From the NCBI GenBank assembly GCA_964057225.1, contig OZ059900.1:1302001-1366000 (forward strand): 64,000 nt of DNA, read 5' to 3'. Shown in pieces: positions 1 through 15,277 of this stretch; position 1 is the first letter of the stretch; each line of letters starts with the position of its first letter. The position numbers and the translations under genes are program-made. Source of the stretch: Auanema rhodensis. Lineage: Eukaryota; Animalia; Nematoda. The notes under the pieces were generated by a model, which saw nothing but the letters and a program-made list of their open reading frames with translations, was not told where the DNA came from and searched no databases.

Positions 1-3000
1 AGTTTGCACTGATATTTATTCATTTTGATCAAAAAAGGTCGAAAATAGAAAGAATTTTTGAAATTTCCGAGTTTTGAGTCTAATTTGGCTAAATCGCTCA
101 TATATATGATCAAAAGCATAGTTTCATTGTCTATGACAACAAAAGTCATCAATTAAACGCTAGTGATGTTTAAATACTGAATTTCGCTCAAATAGCATTA
201 CTACACTAAGTATGGTCGTTTTTATGCCTTTAACACCATATACTCACCGATTTTTGGTACAAAATCTGTAATACTCGTAAATTTTGATCATATTCGTTAA
301 GATTTGAGAATCAAACATACAATACACAAAATCAGTCTATTTTTATGAGCTTGCACTGATATATATTCATTTTGATCAAAAAAGGTCGAAAATAGAAAGA
401 ATTTTTGAAATTTACGAGTTTTGAGTCTAATTTGGCTAAATCGCTCATATATATGATCAGAAGCATAGTTTTATTGTCTATGACAACAAAAGCCATTAAT
501 TAAACACTAATGATGTTTAAATCACTAAATTTCGCTCAAATAGCATTACTACACTAAGTATGGTCGTTTTTATGCCTTTAACACCATATACTCACCGATT
601 TTTGGTACAAAATCTGTAATACTTGTAAATTTTGATCATATTCGTTAAGATTCGAGAATCAAACACATAATACACGAAATAAGTCTATTTTTATGAGTTT
701 GCACTGATATTTATTCATTTTGATCAAAAAAGGTCGAAAATAGAAAGAATTTTTGAATTTTCCGAGTTTTGAGTCCAATTGGGCTAAATCGCTCATATAT
801 ATGATCAAAAGCATAGTTTTACTGTCTATGATAACAAAAGTCTTCAAATATACACTAATAATGTGTAAATCACTGAATTTCACTCAAATAGCTTTACTAC
901 ACTAAGTATGGTCGTTTTTATGCCTTTAACACCATATACTCACCGATTTTTGGTACAAAATCTGTAATACTCGTAAATTTTGATCATATTCGTTTAGATT
1001 TGAGAATCAAACATACAATACACAAAATCAGTCTATTTTTATGAGCTTGCACTGATATATATTCATTTTGATCAAAAAAGGTCGAAAATAGAAAGAATTT
1101 TTGAAATTTCCGAGTTTTGAGTCCAATTTGGCTAAATCGCTCATATATATGATCAAAAGCATAGTTCTATTGTCTATAACAACAAAAGTCTTCAATTAAA
1201 CGCTAGTGATGTTTAAATACTGAATTTCGCTCAAATAGCATTACTACACTAAGTATGGTCGTTTTTATGCCTTTAACACCATATACTCACCGATTTTTGG
1301 TACAAAATCTGTAATACTCGTAAGTTTTGATCATATTCGTTAAGATTTGAGAATCAAACATACAATACACAAAATCAGTCTATTTTTATGAGCTTGCACT
1401 GCTATATATTCATCTTGATCAAAAAAGGTCGAAAATAGAAAGAATTTTTGAAATTTACGAGTTTTGAGTCTAATTTGGCTAAATCGCTCATATATATGAT
1501 CAGAAGCATAGTTTTATTGTCTATGACAACAAAAGCCATTAATTAAACACTAATGATGTTTAAATCACTAAATTTCGCTCAAATAGCATTACTACACTAA
1601 GTATGGTCGTTTTTATGCCTTTAACACCATATACTCACCGATTTTTGGTACAAAATCTGTAATACTTGTAAATTTTGATCATATTCGTTAAGATTCGAGA
1701 ATCAAACACATAATACACGAAATAAGTCTATTTTTATGAGTTTGCACTGATATTTATTCATTTTGATCAAAAAAGGTCGAAAATAGAAAGAATTTTTGAA
1801 TTTTCCGAGTTTTGAGTCCAATTGCGCTAAATCGCTCATATATATGATCAAAAGCATAGTTTTACTGTCTATGATAACAAAAGTCTTCAAATATACACTA
1901 ATAATGTGTAAATCACTGAATTTCACTCAAATAGCTTTACTACACTAAGTATGGTCGTTTTTATGCCTTTAACACCATATACTCACCGATTTTTGGTACA
2001 AAATCTGTAATACTCGTAAATTTTGATCATATTCGTTTAGATTTGAGAATCAAACATACAATACACAAAATCAGTCTATTTTTATGAGCTTGCACTGATA
2101 TATATTCATTTTGATCAAAAAAGGTCGAAAATAGAAAGAATTTTTGAAATTTCCGAGTTTTGAGTCCAATTTGGCTAAATCGCTCATATATATGATCAAA
2201 AGCATAGTTTTACTGTCTATGATAACAAAAGTCTTCAAATATACACTAATAATGTGTAAATCACTGAATTTCACTCAAATAGCTTTACTACACTAAGTAT
2301 GGTCGTTTTTATGCCTTTAACACCATATACTCACCGATTTTTGGTACAAAATCTGTAATACTTGTAAATTTCGATCATATTCGTTAAGATTTGAGAATCA
2401 AACACATAATACACGAAATAAGTCTATTTTTACAAGTTTGCACTGATATTTATTCATTTTGATCAAAAAAGGTCGAAAATAGAAAGAATTTTTGAAATTT
2501 CCGAGTTTTGAGTCCAATTTGGCTAAATCGCTCATATATATGATCAAAAGCATAGTTCTATTGTCTATAACAACAAAAGTCTTCAATTAAACGCTAGTGA
2601 TGTTTTAATACTGAATTTCGCTCAAATAGCATTACTACACTAAGTATGGTCGTTTTTATGCCTTTAACACCATATACTCACCGATTTTTGGTACAAAATC
2701 TGTAATACTCGTAAATTTTGATCATATTCGTTAAGATTTGAGAATCAAACATACAATACACGAAATCAGTCTATTTTTATGAGCTTGCACTGATATATAT
2801 TCATTTTGATCAAAAAAGGTCGAAAATAGAAAGAATTTTTGAAATTTACGAGTTTTGAGTCTAATTTGGCTAAATCGCTCATATATATGATCAGAAGCAT
2901 AGTTTTATTGTCTATGACAACAAAAATCATCAATTAAACGCTAGTGATGTTTAAATACTGATTTTCGCTCAAATAGCATTACTACACTAAGTATGGTCGT

Positions 3001-4794
3001 TTTTGTGCCTTTAACACCATATACTCACCGATTTTTGGTACAAAATCTGTAATACTTGTAAATTTTGATCATATTCGTTAAGATTCGAGAATCAAACACA
3101 TAATACACGAAAAAAGTCTATTTTTATGAGCTTGCACTGATATATATTCATTTTGATCAAAAAAGGTCGAAAATAGAAAGAATTTTTGAAATTTACGAGT
3201 TTTGAGTCTAATTTGGCTAAATCGCTCATATATATGATCAGAAGCATAGTTTTATTGTCTATGACAACAAAAGTCATTAATTAAACACTAATGATGTTTA
3301 AATCACTAAATTTCGCTCAAATAGCATTACTACACTAAGTATGGTCGTTTTTATGCCTTTAACACCATATACTCACCGATTTTTGGTACAAAATCTGTAA
3401 TACTTGTAAATTTCGATCATATTCGTTAAGATTTGAGAATCAAACACATAATACACGAAATAAGTCTATTTTTACAAGTTTGCACTGATATTTATTCATT
3501 TTGATCAAAAAAGGTCGAAAATAGAAAGAATTTTTGAAATTTCCGAGTTTTGAGTCCAATTTGGCTAAATCGCTCATATATATGATCAAAAGCATAGTTC
3601 TATTGTCTATAACAACAAAAGTCTTCAATTAAACGCTAGTGATGTTTTAATACTGAATTTCGCTCAAATAGCATTACTACACTAAGTATGGTCGTTTTTA
3701 TGCCTTTAACACCATATACTCACCGATTTTTGGTACAAAATCTGTAATACTCGTAAATTTTGATCATATTCGTTAAGATTTGAGAATCAAACATACAATA
3801 CACGAAATCAGTCTATTTTTATGAGCTTGCACTGATATATATTCATTTTGATCAAAAAAGGTCGAAAATAGAAAGAATTTTTGAAATTTACGAGTTTTGA
3901 GTCTAATTTGGCTAAATCGCTCATATATATGATCAGAAGCATAGTTTTATTGTCTATGACAACAAAAATCATCAATTAAACGCTAGTGATGTTTAAATAC
4001 TGATTTTCGCTCAAATAGCATTACTACACTAAGTATGGTCGTTTTTATGCCTTTAACACCATATACTCACCGATTTTTGGTACAAAATCTGTAATACTTG
4101 TAAATTTTGATCATATTTGTTAAGATTCGAGAATCAAACACATAATACACGAAAAAAGTCTATTTTTATGAGCTTGCACTGATATATATTCATTTTGATC
4201 AAAAAAGGTCGAAAATAGAAAGAATTTTTGAAATTTACGAGTTTTGAGTCTAATTTGGCTAAATCGCTCATATATATGATCAGAAGCATAGTTTTATTGT
4301 CTATGACAACAAAAGTCATTAATTAAACACTAATGATGTTTAAATCACTAAATTTCGCTCAAATAGCATTACTACACTAAGTATGGTCGTTTTTATGCCT
4401 TTAACACCATATACTCACCGATTTTTGGTACAAAATCTGTAATACTTGTAAATTTTGATCATATTCGTTAAGATTCGAGAATCAAACACATAATACACGA
4501 AAAAAGTCTATTTTTATGAGTTTGCACTGATATTTATTCATTTTGATCAAAAAAGGTCGAAAATAGAAAGAATTTTTGAATTTTCCGAGTTTTGAGTCCA
4601 ATTGGGCTAAATCGCTCATATATATGATCAAAAGCATAGTTTTACTGTCTATGATAACAAAAGTCTTCAAATATACACTAATAATGTGTAAATCACTGAA
4701 TTTCACTCAAATAGCTTTACTACACTAAGTATGGTCGTTTTTATGCCTTTAACACCATATACTCACCGATTTTTGGTACAAAATCTGTAATACT

Positions 4795-4804
4795 CGTAAA
4801 AAGG
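4795..4804 (+). repeat. 100-bp deletion junction (247-bp monomer), copy 1
   Basis: cgtaaaaagg replaces cgtaaa...(100 bp)...aagg. The local period 4482->5077 is 595 = 348+247. Confidence 0.95.
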
Positions 4805-5771
4805 TCGAAAATAGAAAGAATTTTTGAAATTTACGAGTTTTGAGTCTAATTTGGCTAAATCGCTCATATATATGATCAAAAGCATAGTTTTATTGTCTAT
4901 AACAACAAAAGTCATCAATTAAACGCTAGTGATGTTTAAATACTGAAATTCACTCAAATAGCATTACTACACTAAGTATGGTCGTTTTTATGCCTTTAAC
5001 ACCATATACTCACCGATTTTTGGTACAAAATCTGTGATACTCGTAAATTTTGATCATATTCGGTGAGATTCGAGAATCAAACACACAATACACGAAATAA
5101 GTTTATTTTTACGAGTTTGCACTGATATTTATTCATTTTGATCAAAAAAGGTCGAAAATAGAAAGAATTTTTGAAATTTCCGAGTTTTGAGTCTAATTTG
5201 GCTAAATCGCTCATATATATGATCAAAAGCATAGTTTCATTGTCTATGACAACAAAAGTCATCAATTAAACGCTAGTGATGTTTAAATACTGAATTTCGC
5301 TCAAATAGCATTACTACACTAAGTATGGTCGTTTTTATGCCTTTAACACCATATACTCACCGATTTTTGGTACAAAATCTGTAATACTCGTAAATTTTGA
5401 TCATATTCGTTAAGATTTGAGAATCAAACATACAATACACAAAATCAGTCTATTTTTATGAGCTTGCACTGATATATATTCATTTTGATCAAAAAAGGTC
5501 GAAAATAGAAAGAATTTTTGAAATTTACGAGTTTTGAGTCTAATTTGGCTAAATCGCTCATATATATGATCAGAAGCATAGTTTTATTGTCTATGACAAC
5601 AAAAGCCATTAATTAAACACTAATGATGTTTAAATCACTAAATTTCGCTCAAATAGCATTACTACACTAAGTATGGTCGTTTTTATGCCTTTAACACCAT
5701 ATACTCACCGATTTTTGGTACAAAATCTGTAATACTTGTAAATTTTGATCATATTCGTTAAGATTCGAGAA

Positions 5772-8551
5772 TCAAACACATAATACACGAAATAAGTCTA
5801 TTTTTATGAGTTTGCACTGATATTTATTCATTTTGATCAAAAAAGGTCGAAAATAGAAAGAATTTTTGAAATTTACGAGTTTTGAGTCTAATTTGGCTAA
5901 ATCGCTCATATATATGATCAGAAGCATAGTTTTATTGTCTATGACAACAAAAGTCTTCAAATATACACTAATAATGTGTAAATCACTGAATTTCACTCAA
6001 ATAGCTTTACTACACTAAGTATGGTCGTTTTTATGCCTTTAACACCATATACTCACCGATTTTTGGTACAAAATCTGTAATACTTGTAAATTTCGATCAT
6101 ATTCGTTAAGATTTGAGAATCAAACACATAATACACGAAATAAGTCTATTTTTACAAGTTTGCACTGATATTTATTCATTTTGATCAAAAAAGGTCGAAA
6201 ATAGAAAGAATTTTTGAAATTTCCGAGTTTTGAGTCCAATTTGGCTAAATCGCTCATATATATGATCAAAAGCATAGTTCTATTGTCTATAACAACAAAA
6301 GTCTTCAATTAAACGCTAGTGATGTTTTAATACTGAATTTCGCTCAAATAGCATTACTACACTAAGTATGGTCGTTTTTATGCCTTTAACACCATATACT
6401 CACCGATTTTTGGTACAAAATCTGTAATACTCGTAAATTTTGATCATATTCGTTAAGATTTGAGAATCAAACATACAATACACGAAATCAGTCTATTTTT
6501 ATGAGCTTGCACTGATATATATTCATTTTGATCAAAAAAGGTCGAAAATAGAAAGAATTTTTGAAATTTACGAGTTTTGAGTCTAATTTGGCTAAATCGC
6601 TCATATATATGATCAGAAGCATAGTTTTATTGTCTATGACAACAAAAATCATCAATTAAACGCTAGTGATGTTTAAATACTGATTTTCGCTCAAATAGCA
6701 TTACTACACTAAGTATGGTCGTTTTTGTGCCTTTAACACCATATACTCACCGATTTTTGGTACAAAATCTGTAATACTTGTAAATTTTGATCATATTCGT
6801 TAAGATTCGAGAATCAAACACATAATACACGAAAAAAGTCTATTTTTATGAGCTTGCACTGATATATATTCATTTTGATCAAAAAAGGTCGAAAATAGAA
6901 AGAATTTTTGAAATTTACGAGTTTTGAGTCTAATTTGGCTAAATCGCTCATATATATGATCAGAAGCATAGTTTTATTGTCTATGACAACAAAAGTCATT
7001 AATTAAACACTAATGATGTTTAAATCACTAAATTTCGCTCAAATAGCATTACTACACTAAGTATGGTCGTTTTTATGCCTTTAACACCATATACTCACCG
7101 ATTTTTGGTACAAAATCTGTAATACTTGTAAATTTTGATCATATTCGTTAAGATTCGAGAATCAAACACATAATACACGAAATAAGTCTATTTTTATGAG
7201 TTTGCACTGATATTTATTCATTTTGATCAAAAAAGGTCGAAAATAGAAAGAATTTTTGAAATTTACGAGTTTTGAGTCTAATTTGGCTAAATCGCTCATA
7301 TATATGATCAGAAGCATAGTTTTATTGTCTATGACAACAAAAGTCTTCAAATATACACTAATAATGTGTAAATCACTGAATTTCACTCAAATAGCTTTAC
7401 TACACTAAGTATGGTCGTTTTTATGCCTTTAACACCATATACTCACCGATTTTTGGTACAAAATCTGTAATACTTGTAAATTTCGATCATATTCGTTAAG
7501 ATTTGAGAATCAAACACATAATACACGAAATAAGTCTATTTTTACAAGTTTGCACTGATATTTATTCATTTTGATCAAAAAAGGTCGAAAATAGAAAGAA
7601 TTTTTGAAATTTCCGAGTTTTGAGTCCAATTTGGCTAAATCGCTCATATATATGATCAAAAGCATAGTTCTATTGTCTATAACAACAAAAGTCTTCAATT
7701 AAACGCTAGTGATGTTTTAATACTGAATTTCGCTCAAATAGCATTACTACACTAAGTATGGTCGTTTTTATGCCTTTAACACCATATACTCACCGATTTT
7801 TGGTACAAAATCTGTAATACTCGTAAATTTTGATCATATTCGTTAAGATTTGAGAATCAAACATACAATACACGAAATCAGTCTATTTTTATGAGCTTGC
7901 ACTGATATATATTCATTTTGATCAAAAAAGGTCGAAAATAGAAAGAATTTTTGAAATTTACGAGTTTTGAGTCTAATTTGGCTAAATCGCTCATATATAT
8001 GATCAGAAGCATAGTTTTATTGTCTATGACAACAAAAATCATCAATTAAACGCTAGTGATGTTTAAATACTGATTTTCGCTCAAATAGCATTACTACACT
8101 AAGTATGGTCGTTTTTGTGCCTTTAACACCATATACTCACCGATTTTTGGTACAAAATCTGTAATACTTGTAAATTTTGATCATATTCGTTAAGATTCGA
8201 GAATCAAACACATAATACACGAAAAAAGTCTATTTTTATGAGCTTGCACTGATATATATTCATTTTGATCAAAAAAGGTCGAAAATAGAAAGAATTTTTG
8301 AAATTTACGAGTTTTGAGTCTAATTTGGCTAAATCGCTCATATATATGATCAGAAGCATAGTTTTATTGTCTATGACAACAAAAGTCATTAATTAAACAC
8401 TAATGATGTTTAAATCACTAAATTTCGCTCAAATAGCATTACTACACTAAGTATGGTCGTTTTTATGCCTTTAACACCATATACTCACCGATTTTTGGTA
8501 CAAAATCTGTAATACTTGTAAATTTCGATCATATTCGTTAAGATTTGAGAA
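5772..8551 (+). repeat. Local higher-order repeat: 4-monomer unit of 1390 bp, two tandem copies
   Basis: Same monomer types at 5772/7162, 6120/7510 and 6814/8204 (offset 1390). The gtttttGtgcc variant occurs at 6727 and 8117. Confidence 0.85.
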
Positions 8552-9906
8552 TCAAACACATAATACACGAAATAAGTCTATTTTTACAAGTTTGCACTGA
8601 TATTTATTCATTTTGATCAAAAAAGGTCGAAAATAGAAAGAATTTTTGAAATTTCCGAGTTTTGAGTCCAATTTGGCTAAATCGCTCATATATATGATCA
8701 AAAGCATAGTTCTATTGTCTATAACAACAAAAGTCTTCAATTAAACGCTAGTGATGTTTTAATACTGAATTTCGCTCAAATAGCATTACTACACTAAGTA
8801 TGGTCGTTTTTATGCCTTTAACACCATATACTCACCGATTTTTGGTACAAAATCTGTAATACTCGTAAATTTTGATCATATTCGTTAAGATTTGAGAATC
8901 AAACATACAATACACGAAATCAGTCTATTTTTATGAGCGCGCACTGATATATATTCATTTTGATCAAAAAAGGTCGAAAATAGAAAGAATTTTTGAAATT
9001 TACGAGTTTTGAGTCTAATTTGGCTAAATCGCTCATATATATGATCAGAAGCATAGTTTTATTGTCTATGACAACAAAAATCATCAATTAAACGCTAGTG
9101 ATGTTTAAATACTGATTTTCGCTCAAATAGCATTACTACACTAAGTATGGTCGTTTTTATGCCTTTAACACCATATACTCACCGATTTTTGGTACAAAAT
9201 CTGTAATACTTGTAAATTTTGATCATATTCGTTAAGATTCGAGAATCAAACACATAATACACGAAAAAAGTCTATTTTTATGAGCTTGCACTGATATATA
9301 TTCATTTTGATCAAAAAAGGTCGAAAATAGAAAGAATTTTTGAAATTTACGAGTTTTGAGTCTAATTTGGCTAAATCGCTCATATATATGATCAGAAGCA
9401 TAGTTTTATTGTCTATGACAACAAAAGTCATTAATTAAACACTAATGATGTTTAAATCACTAAATTTCGCTCAAATAGCATTACTACACTAAGTATGGTC
9501 GTTTTTATGCCTTTAACACCATATACTCACCGATTTTTGGTACAAAATCTGTAATACTTGTAAATTTTGATCATATTCGTTAAGATTCGAGAATCAAACA
9601 CATAATACACGAAAAAAGTCTATTTTTATGAGTTTGCACTGATATTTATTCATTTTGATCAAAAAAGGTCGAAAATAGAAAGAATTTTTGAATTTTCCGA
9701 GTTTTGAGTCCAATTGGGCTAAATCGCTCATATATATGATCAAAAGCATAGTTTTACTGTCTATGATAACAAAAGTCTTCAAATATACACTAATAATGTG
9801 TAAATCACTGAATTTCACTCAAATAGCTTTACTACACTAAGTATGGTCGTTTTTATGCCTTTAACACCATATACTCACCGATTTTTGGTACAAAATCTGT
9901 AATACT

Positions 9907-9916
9907 CGTAAAAAGG
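9907..9916 (+). repeat. 100-bp deletion junction, copy 2
   Basis: cgtaaaaagg; 9594->10189 = 595. Confidence 0.95.
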
Positions 9917-12900
9917 TCGAAAATAGAAAGAATTTTTGAAATTTACGAGTTTTGAGTCTAATTTGGCTAAATCGCTCATATATATGATCAAAAGCATAGT
10001 TTTATTGTCTATAACAACAAAAGTCATCAATTAAACGCTAGTGATGTTTAAATACTGAATTTCACTCAAATAGCATTACTACACTAAGTATGGTCGTTTT
10101 TATGCCTTTAACACCATATACTCACCGATTTTTGGTACAAAATCTGTGATACTCGTAAATTTTGATCATATTCGGTGAGATTCGAGAATCAAACACACAA
10201 TACACGAAATAAGTTTATTTTTACGAGTTTGCACTGATATTTATTCATTTTGATCAAAAAAGGTCGAAAATAGAAAGAATTTTTGAAATTTCCGAGTTTT
10301 GAGTCTAATTTGGCTAAATCGCTCATATATATGATCAAAAGCATAGTTTCATTGTCTATGACAACAAAAGTCATCAATTAAACGCTAGTGATGTTTAAAT
10401 ACTGAATTTCGCTCAAATAGCATTACTACACTAAGTATGGTCGTTTTTATGCCTTTAACACCATATACTCACCGATTTTTGGTACAAAATCTGTAATACT
10501 CGTAAATTTTGATCATATTCGTTAAGATTTGAGAATCAAACATACAATACACAAAATCAGTCTATTTTTATGAGCTTGCACTGATATATATTCATTTTGA
10601 TCAAAAAAGGTCGAAAATAGAAAGAATTTTTGAAATTTACGAGTTTTGAGTCTAATTTGGCTAAATCGCTCATATATATGATCAGAAGCATAGTTTTATT
10701 GTCTATGACAACAAAAGCCATTAATTAAACACTAATGATGTTTAAATCACTAAATTTCGCTCAAATAGCATTACTACACTAAGTATGGTCGTTTTTATGC
10801 CTTTAACACCATATACTCACCGATTTTTGGTACAAAATCTGTAATACTTGTAAATTTTGATCATATTCGTTAAGATTCGAGAATCAAACACATAATACAC
10901 GAAATAAGTCTATTTTTATGAGTTTGCACTGATATTTATTCATTTTGATCAAAAAAGGTCGAAAATAGAAAGAATTTTTGAATTTTCCGAGTTTTGAGTC
11001 CAATTGGGCTAAATCGCTCATATATATGATCAAAAGCATAGTTTTACTGTCTATGATAACAAAAGTCTTCAAATATACACTAATAATGTGTAAATCACTG
11101 AATTTCACTCAAATAGCTTTACTACACTAAGTATGGTCGTTTTTATGCCTTTAACACCATATACTCACCGATTTTTGGTACAAAATCTGTAATACTCGTA
11201 AATTTTGATCATATTCGTTTAGATTTGAGAATCAAACATACAATACACAAAATCAGTCTATTTTTATGAGCTTGCACTGATATATATTCATTTTGATCAA
11301 AAAAGGTCGAAAATAGAAAGAATTTTTGAAATTTCCGAGTTTTGAGTCCAATTTGGCTAAATCGCTCATATATATGATCAAAAGCATAGTTCTATTGTCT
11401 ATAACAACAAAAGTCTTCAATTAAACGCTAGTGATGTTTAAATACTGAATTTCGCTCAAATAGCATTACTACACTAAGTATGGTCGTTTTTATGCCTTTA
11501 ACACCATATACTCACCGATTTTTGGTACAAAATCTGTAATACTCGTAAGTTTTGATCATATTCGTTAAGATTTGAGAATCAAACATACAATACACAAAAT
11601 CAGTCTATTTTTATGAGCTTGCACTGCTATATATTCATTTTGATCAAAAAAGGTCGAAAATAGAAAGAATTTTTGAAATTTACGAGTTTTGAGCCTAATT
11701 TGGCTAAATCGCTCATATATATGATCAGAAGCATAGTTTTATTGTCTATGACAACAAAAGCCATTAATTAAACACTAATGATGTTTAAATCACTAAATTT
11801 CGCTCAAATAGCATTACTACACTAAGTATGGTCGTTTTTATGCCTTTAACACCATATACTCACCGATTTTTGGTACAAAATCTGTAATACTTGTAAATTT
11901 TGATCATATTCGTTAAGATTCGAGAATCAAACACATAATACACGAAATAAGTCTATTTTTATGAGTTTGCACTGATATTTATTCATTTTGATCAAAAAAG
12001 GTCGAAAATAGAAAGAATTTTTGAATTTTCCGAGTTTTGAGTCCAATTGGGCTTAATCGCTCATATATATGATCAAAAGCATAGTTTTACTGTCTATGAT
12101 AACAAAAGTCTTCAAATATACACTAATAATGTGTAAATCACTGAATTTCACTCAAATAGCTTTACTACACTAAGTATGGTCGTTTTTATGCCTTTAACAC
12201 CATATACTCACCGATTTTTGGTACAAAATCTGTAATACTCGTAAATTTTGATCATATTCGTTTAGATTTGAGAATCAAACATACAATACACAAAATCAGT
12301 CTATTTTTATGAGCTTGCACTGATATATATTCATTTTGATCAAAAAAGGTCGAAAATAGAAAGAATTTTTGAAATTTCCGAGTTTTGAGTCCAATTTGGC
12401 TAAATCGCTCATATATATGATCAAAAGCATAGTTTTACTGTCTATGATAACAAAAGTCTTCAAATATACACTAATAATGTGTAAATCACTGAATTTCACT
12501 CAAATAGCTTTACTACACTAAGTATGGTCGTTTTTATGCCTTTAACACCATATACTCACCGATTTTTGGTACAAAATCTGTAATACTTGTAAATTTCGAT
12601 CATATTCGTTAAGATTTGAGAATCAAACACATAATACACGAAATAAGTCTATTTTTACAAGTTTGCACTGATATTTATTCATTTTGATCAAAAAAGGTCG
12701 AAAATAGAAAGAATTTTTGAAATTTCCGAGTTTTGAGTCCAATTTGGCTAAATCGCTCATATATATGATCAAAAGCATAGTTCTATTGTCTATAACAACA
12801 AAAGTCTTCAATTAAACGCTAGTGATGTTTTAATACTGAATTTCGCTCAAATAGCATTACTACACTAAGTATGGTCGTTTTTATGCCTTTAACACCATAT

Positions 12901-13977
12901 ACTCACCGATTTTTGGTACAAAATCTGTAATACTCGTAAATTTTGATCATATTCGTTAAGATTTGAGAATCAAACATACAATACACGAAATCAGTCTATT
13001 TTTATGAGCTTGCACTGATATATATTCATTTTGATCAAAAAAGGTCGAAAATAGAAAGAATTTTTGAAATTTACGAGTTTTGAGTCTAATTTGGCTAAAT
13101 CGCTCATATATATGATCAGAAGCATAGTTTTATTGTCTATGACAACAAAAATCATCAATTAAACGCTAGTGATGTTTAAATACTGATTTTCGCTCAAATA
13201 GCATTACTACACTAAGTATGGTCGTTTTTGTGCCTTTAACACCATATACTCACCGATTTTTGGTACAAAATCTGTAATACTTGTAAATTTTGATCATATT
13301 CGTTAAGATTCGAGAATCAAACACATAATACACGAAAAAAGTCTATTTTTATGAGCTTGCACTGATATATATTCATTTTGATCAAAAAAGGTCGAAAATA
13401 GAAAGAATTTTTGAAATTTACGAGTTTTGAGTCTAATTTGGCTAAATCGCTCATATATATGATCAGAAGCATAGTTTTATTGTCTATGACAACAAAAGTC
13501 ATTAATTAAACACTAATGATGTTTAAATCACTAAATTTCGCTCAAATAGCATTACTACACTAAGTATGGTCGTTTTTATGCCTTTAACACCATATACTCA
13601 CCGATTTTTGGTACAAAATCTGTAATACTTGTAAATTTTGATCATATTCGTTAAGATTCGAGAATCAAACACATAATACACGAAAAAAGTCTATTTTTAT
13701 GAGTTTGCACTGATATTTATTCATTTTGATCAAAAAAGGTCGAAAATAGAAAGAATTTTTGAATTTTCCGAGTTTTGAGTCCAATTGGGCTAAATCGCTC
13801 ATATATATGATCAAAAGCATAGTTTTACTGTCTATGATAACAAAAGTCTTCAAATATACACTAATAATGTGTAAATCACTGAATTTCACTCAAATAGCTT
13901 TACTACACAAAGTATGGTCGTTTTTATGCCTTTAACACCATATACTCACCGATTTTTGGTACAAAATCTGTAATACT

Positions 13978-13987
13978 CGTAAAAAGG
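13978..13987 (+). repeat. 100-bp deletion junction, copy 3
   Basis: cgtaaaaagg; 13665->14260 = 595. Confidence 0.95.
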
Positions 13988-15267
13988 TCGAAAATAGAAA
14001 GAATTTTTGAAATTTACGAGTTTTGAGTCTAATTTGGCTAAATCGCTCATATATATGATCAAAAGCATAGTTTTATTGTCTATAACAACAAAAGTCATCA
14101 ATTAAACGCTAGTGATGTTTAAATACTGAATTTCACTCAAATAGCATTACTACACTAAGTATGGTCGTTTTTATGCCTTTAACACCATATACTCACCGAT
14201 TTTTGGTACAAAATCTGTGATACTCGTAAATTTTGATCATATTCGGTGAGATTCGAGAATCAAACACACAATACACGAAATAAGTTTATTTTTACGAGTT
14301 TGCACTGATATTTATTCATTTTGATCAAAAAAGGTCGAAAATAGAAAGAATTTTTGAAATTTCCGAGTTTTGAGTCTAATTTGGCTAAATCGCTCATATA
14401 TATGATCAAAAGCATAGTTTCATTGTCTATGACAACAAAAGTCATCAATTAAACGCTAGTGATGTTTAAATACTGAATTTCGCTCAAATAGCATTACTAC
14501 ACTAAGTATGGTCGTTTTTATGCCTTTAACACCATATACTCACCGATTTTTGGTACAAAATCTGTAATACTCGTAAATTTTGATCATATTCGTTAAGATT
14601 TGAGAATCAAACATACAATACACAAAATCAGTCTATTTTTATGAGCTTGCACTGATATATATTCATTTTGATCAAAAAAGGTCGAAAATAGAAAGAATTT
14701 TTGAAATTTACGAGTTTTGAGTCTAATTTGGCTAAATCGCTCATATATATGATCAGAAGCATAGTTTCATTGTCTATGACAACAAAAGCCATTAATTAAA
14801 CACTAATGATGTTTAAATCACTAAATTTCGCTCAAATAGCATTACTACACTAAGTATGGTCGTTTTTATGCCTTTAACACCATATACTCACCGATTTTTG
14901 GTACAAAATCTGTAATACTTGTAAATTTTGATCATATTCGTTAAGATTCGAGAATCAAACACATAATACACGAAATAAGTCTATTTTTATGAGTTTGCAC
15001 TGATATTTATTCATTTTGATCAAAAAAGGTCGAAAATAGAAAGAATTTTTGAATTTTCCGAGTTTTGAGTCCAATTGGGCTAAATCGCTCATATATATGA
15101 TCAAAAGCATAGTTTTACTGTCTATGATAACAAAAGTCTTCAAATATACACTAATAATGTGTAAATCACTGAATTTCACTCAAATAGCTTTACTACACTA
15201 AGTATGGTCGTTTTTATGCCTTTAACACCATATACTCACCGATTTTTGGTACAAAATCTGTAATACT

Positions 15268-15277
15268 CGTAAAAAGG
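15268..15277 (+). repeat. 100-bp deletion junction, copy 4
   Basis: cgtaaaaagg; 14955->15550 = 595. Confidence 0.95.

Noticed and set aside
1-348. Assignment to Drosophila 359-bp/1.688, primate alpha satellite or a CENP-B-box-containing family; rDNA/5S/tRNA/snRNA tandem genes; telomeric repeat
   Set aside because: I saw no convincing sequence match, CENP-B box, structured-RNA motif or telomeric unit. The similarity is limited to length and AT content.
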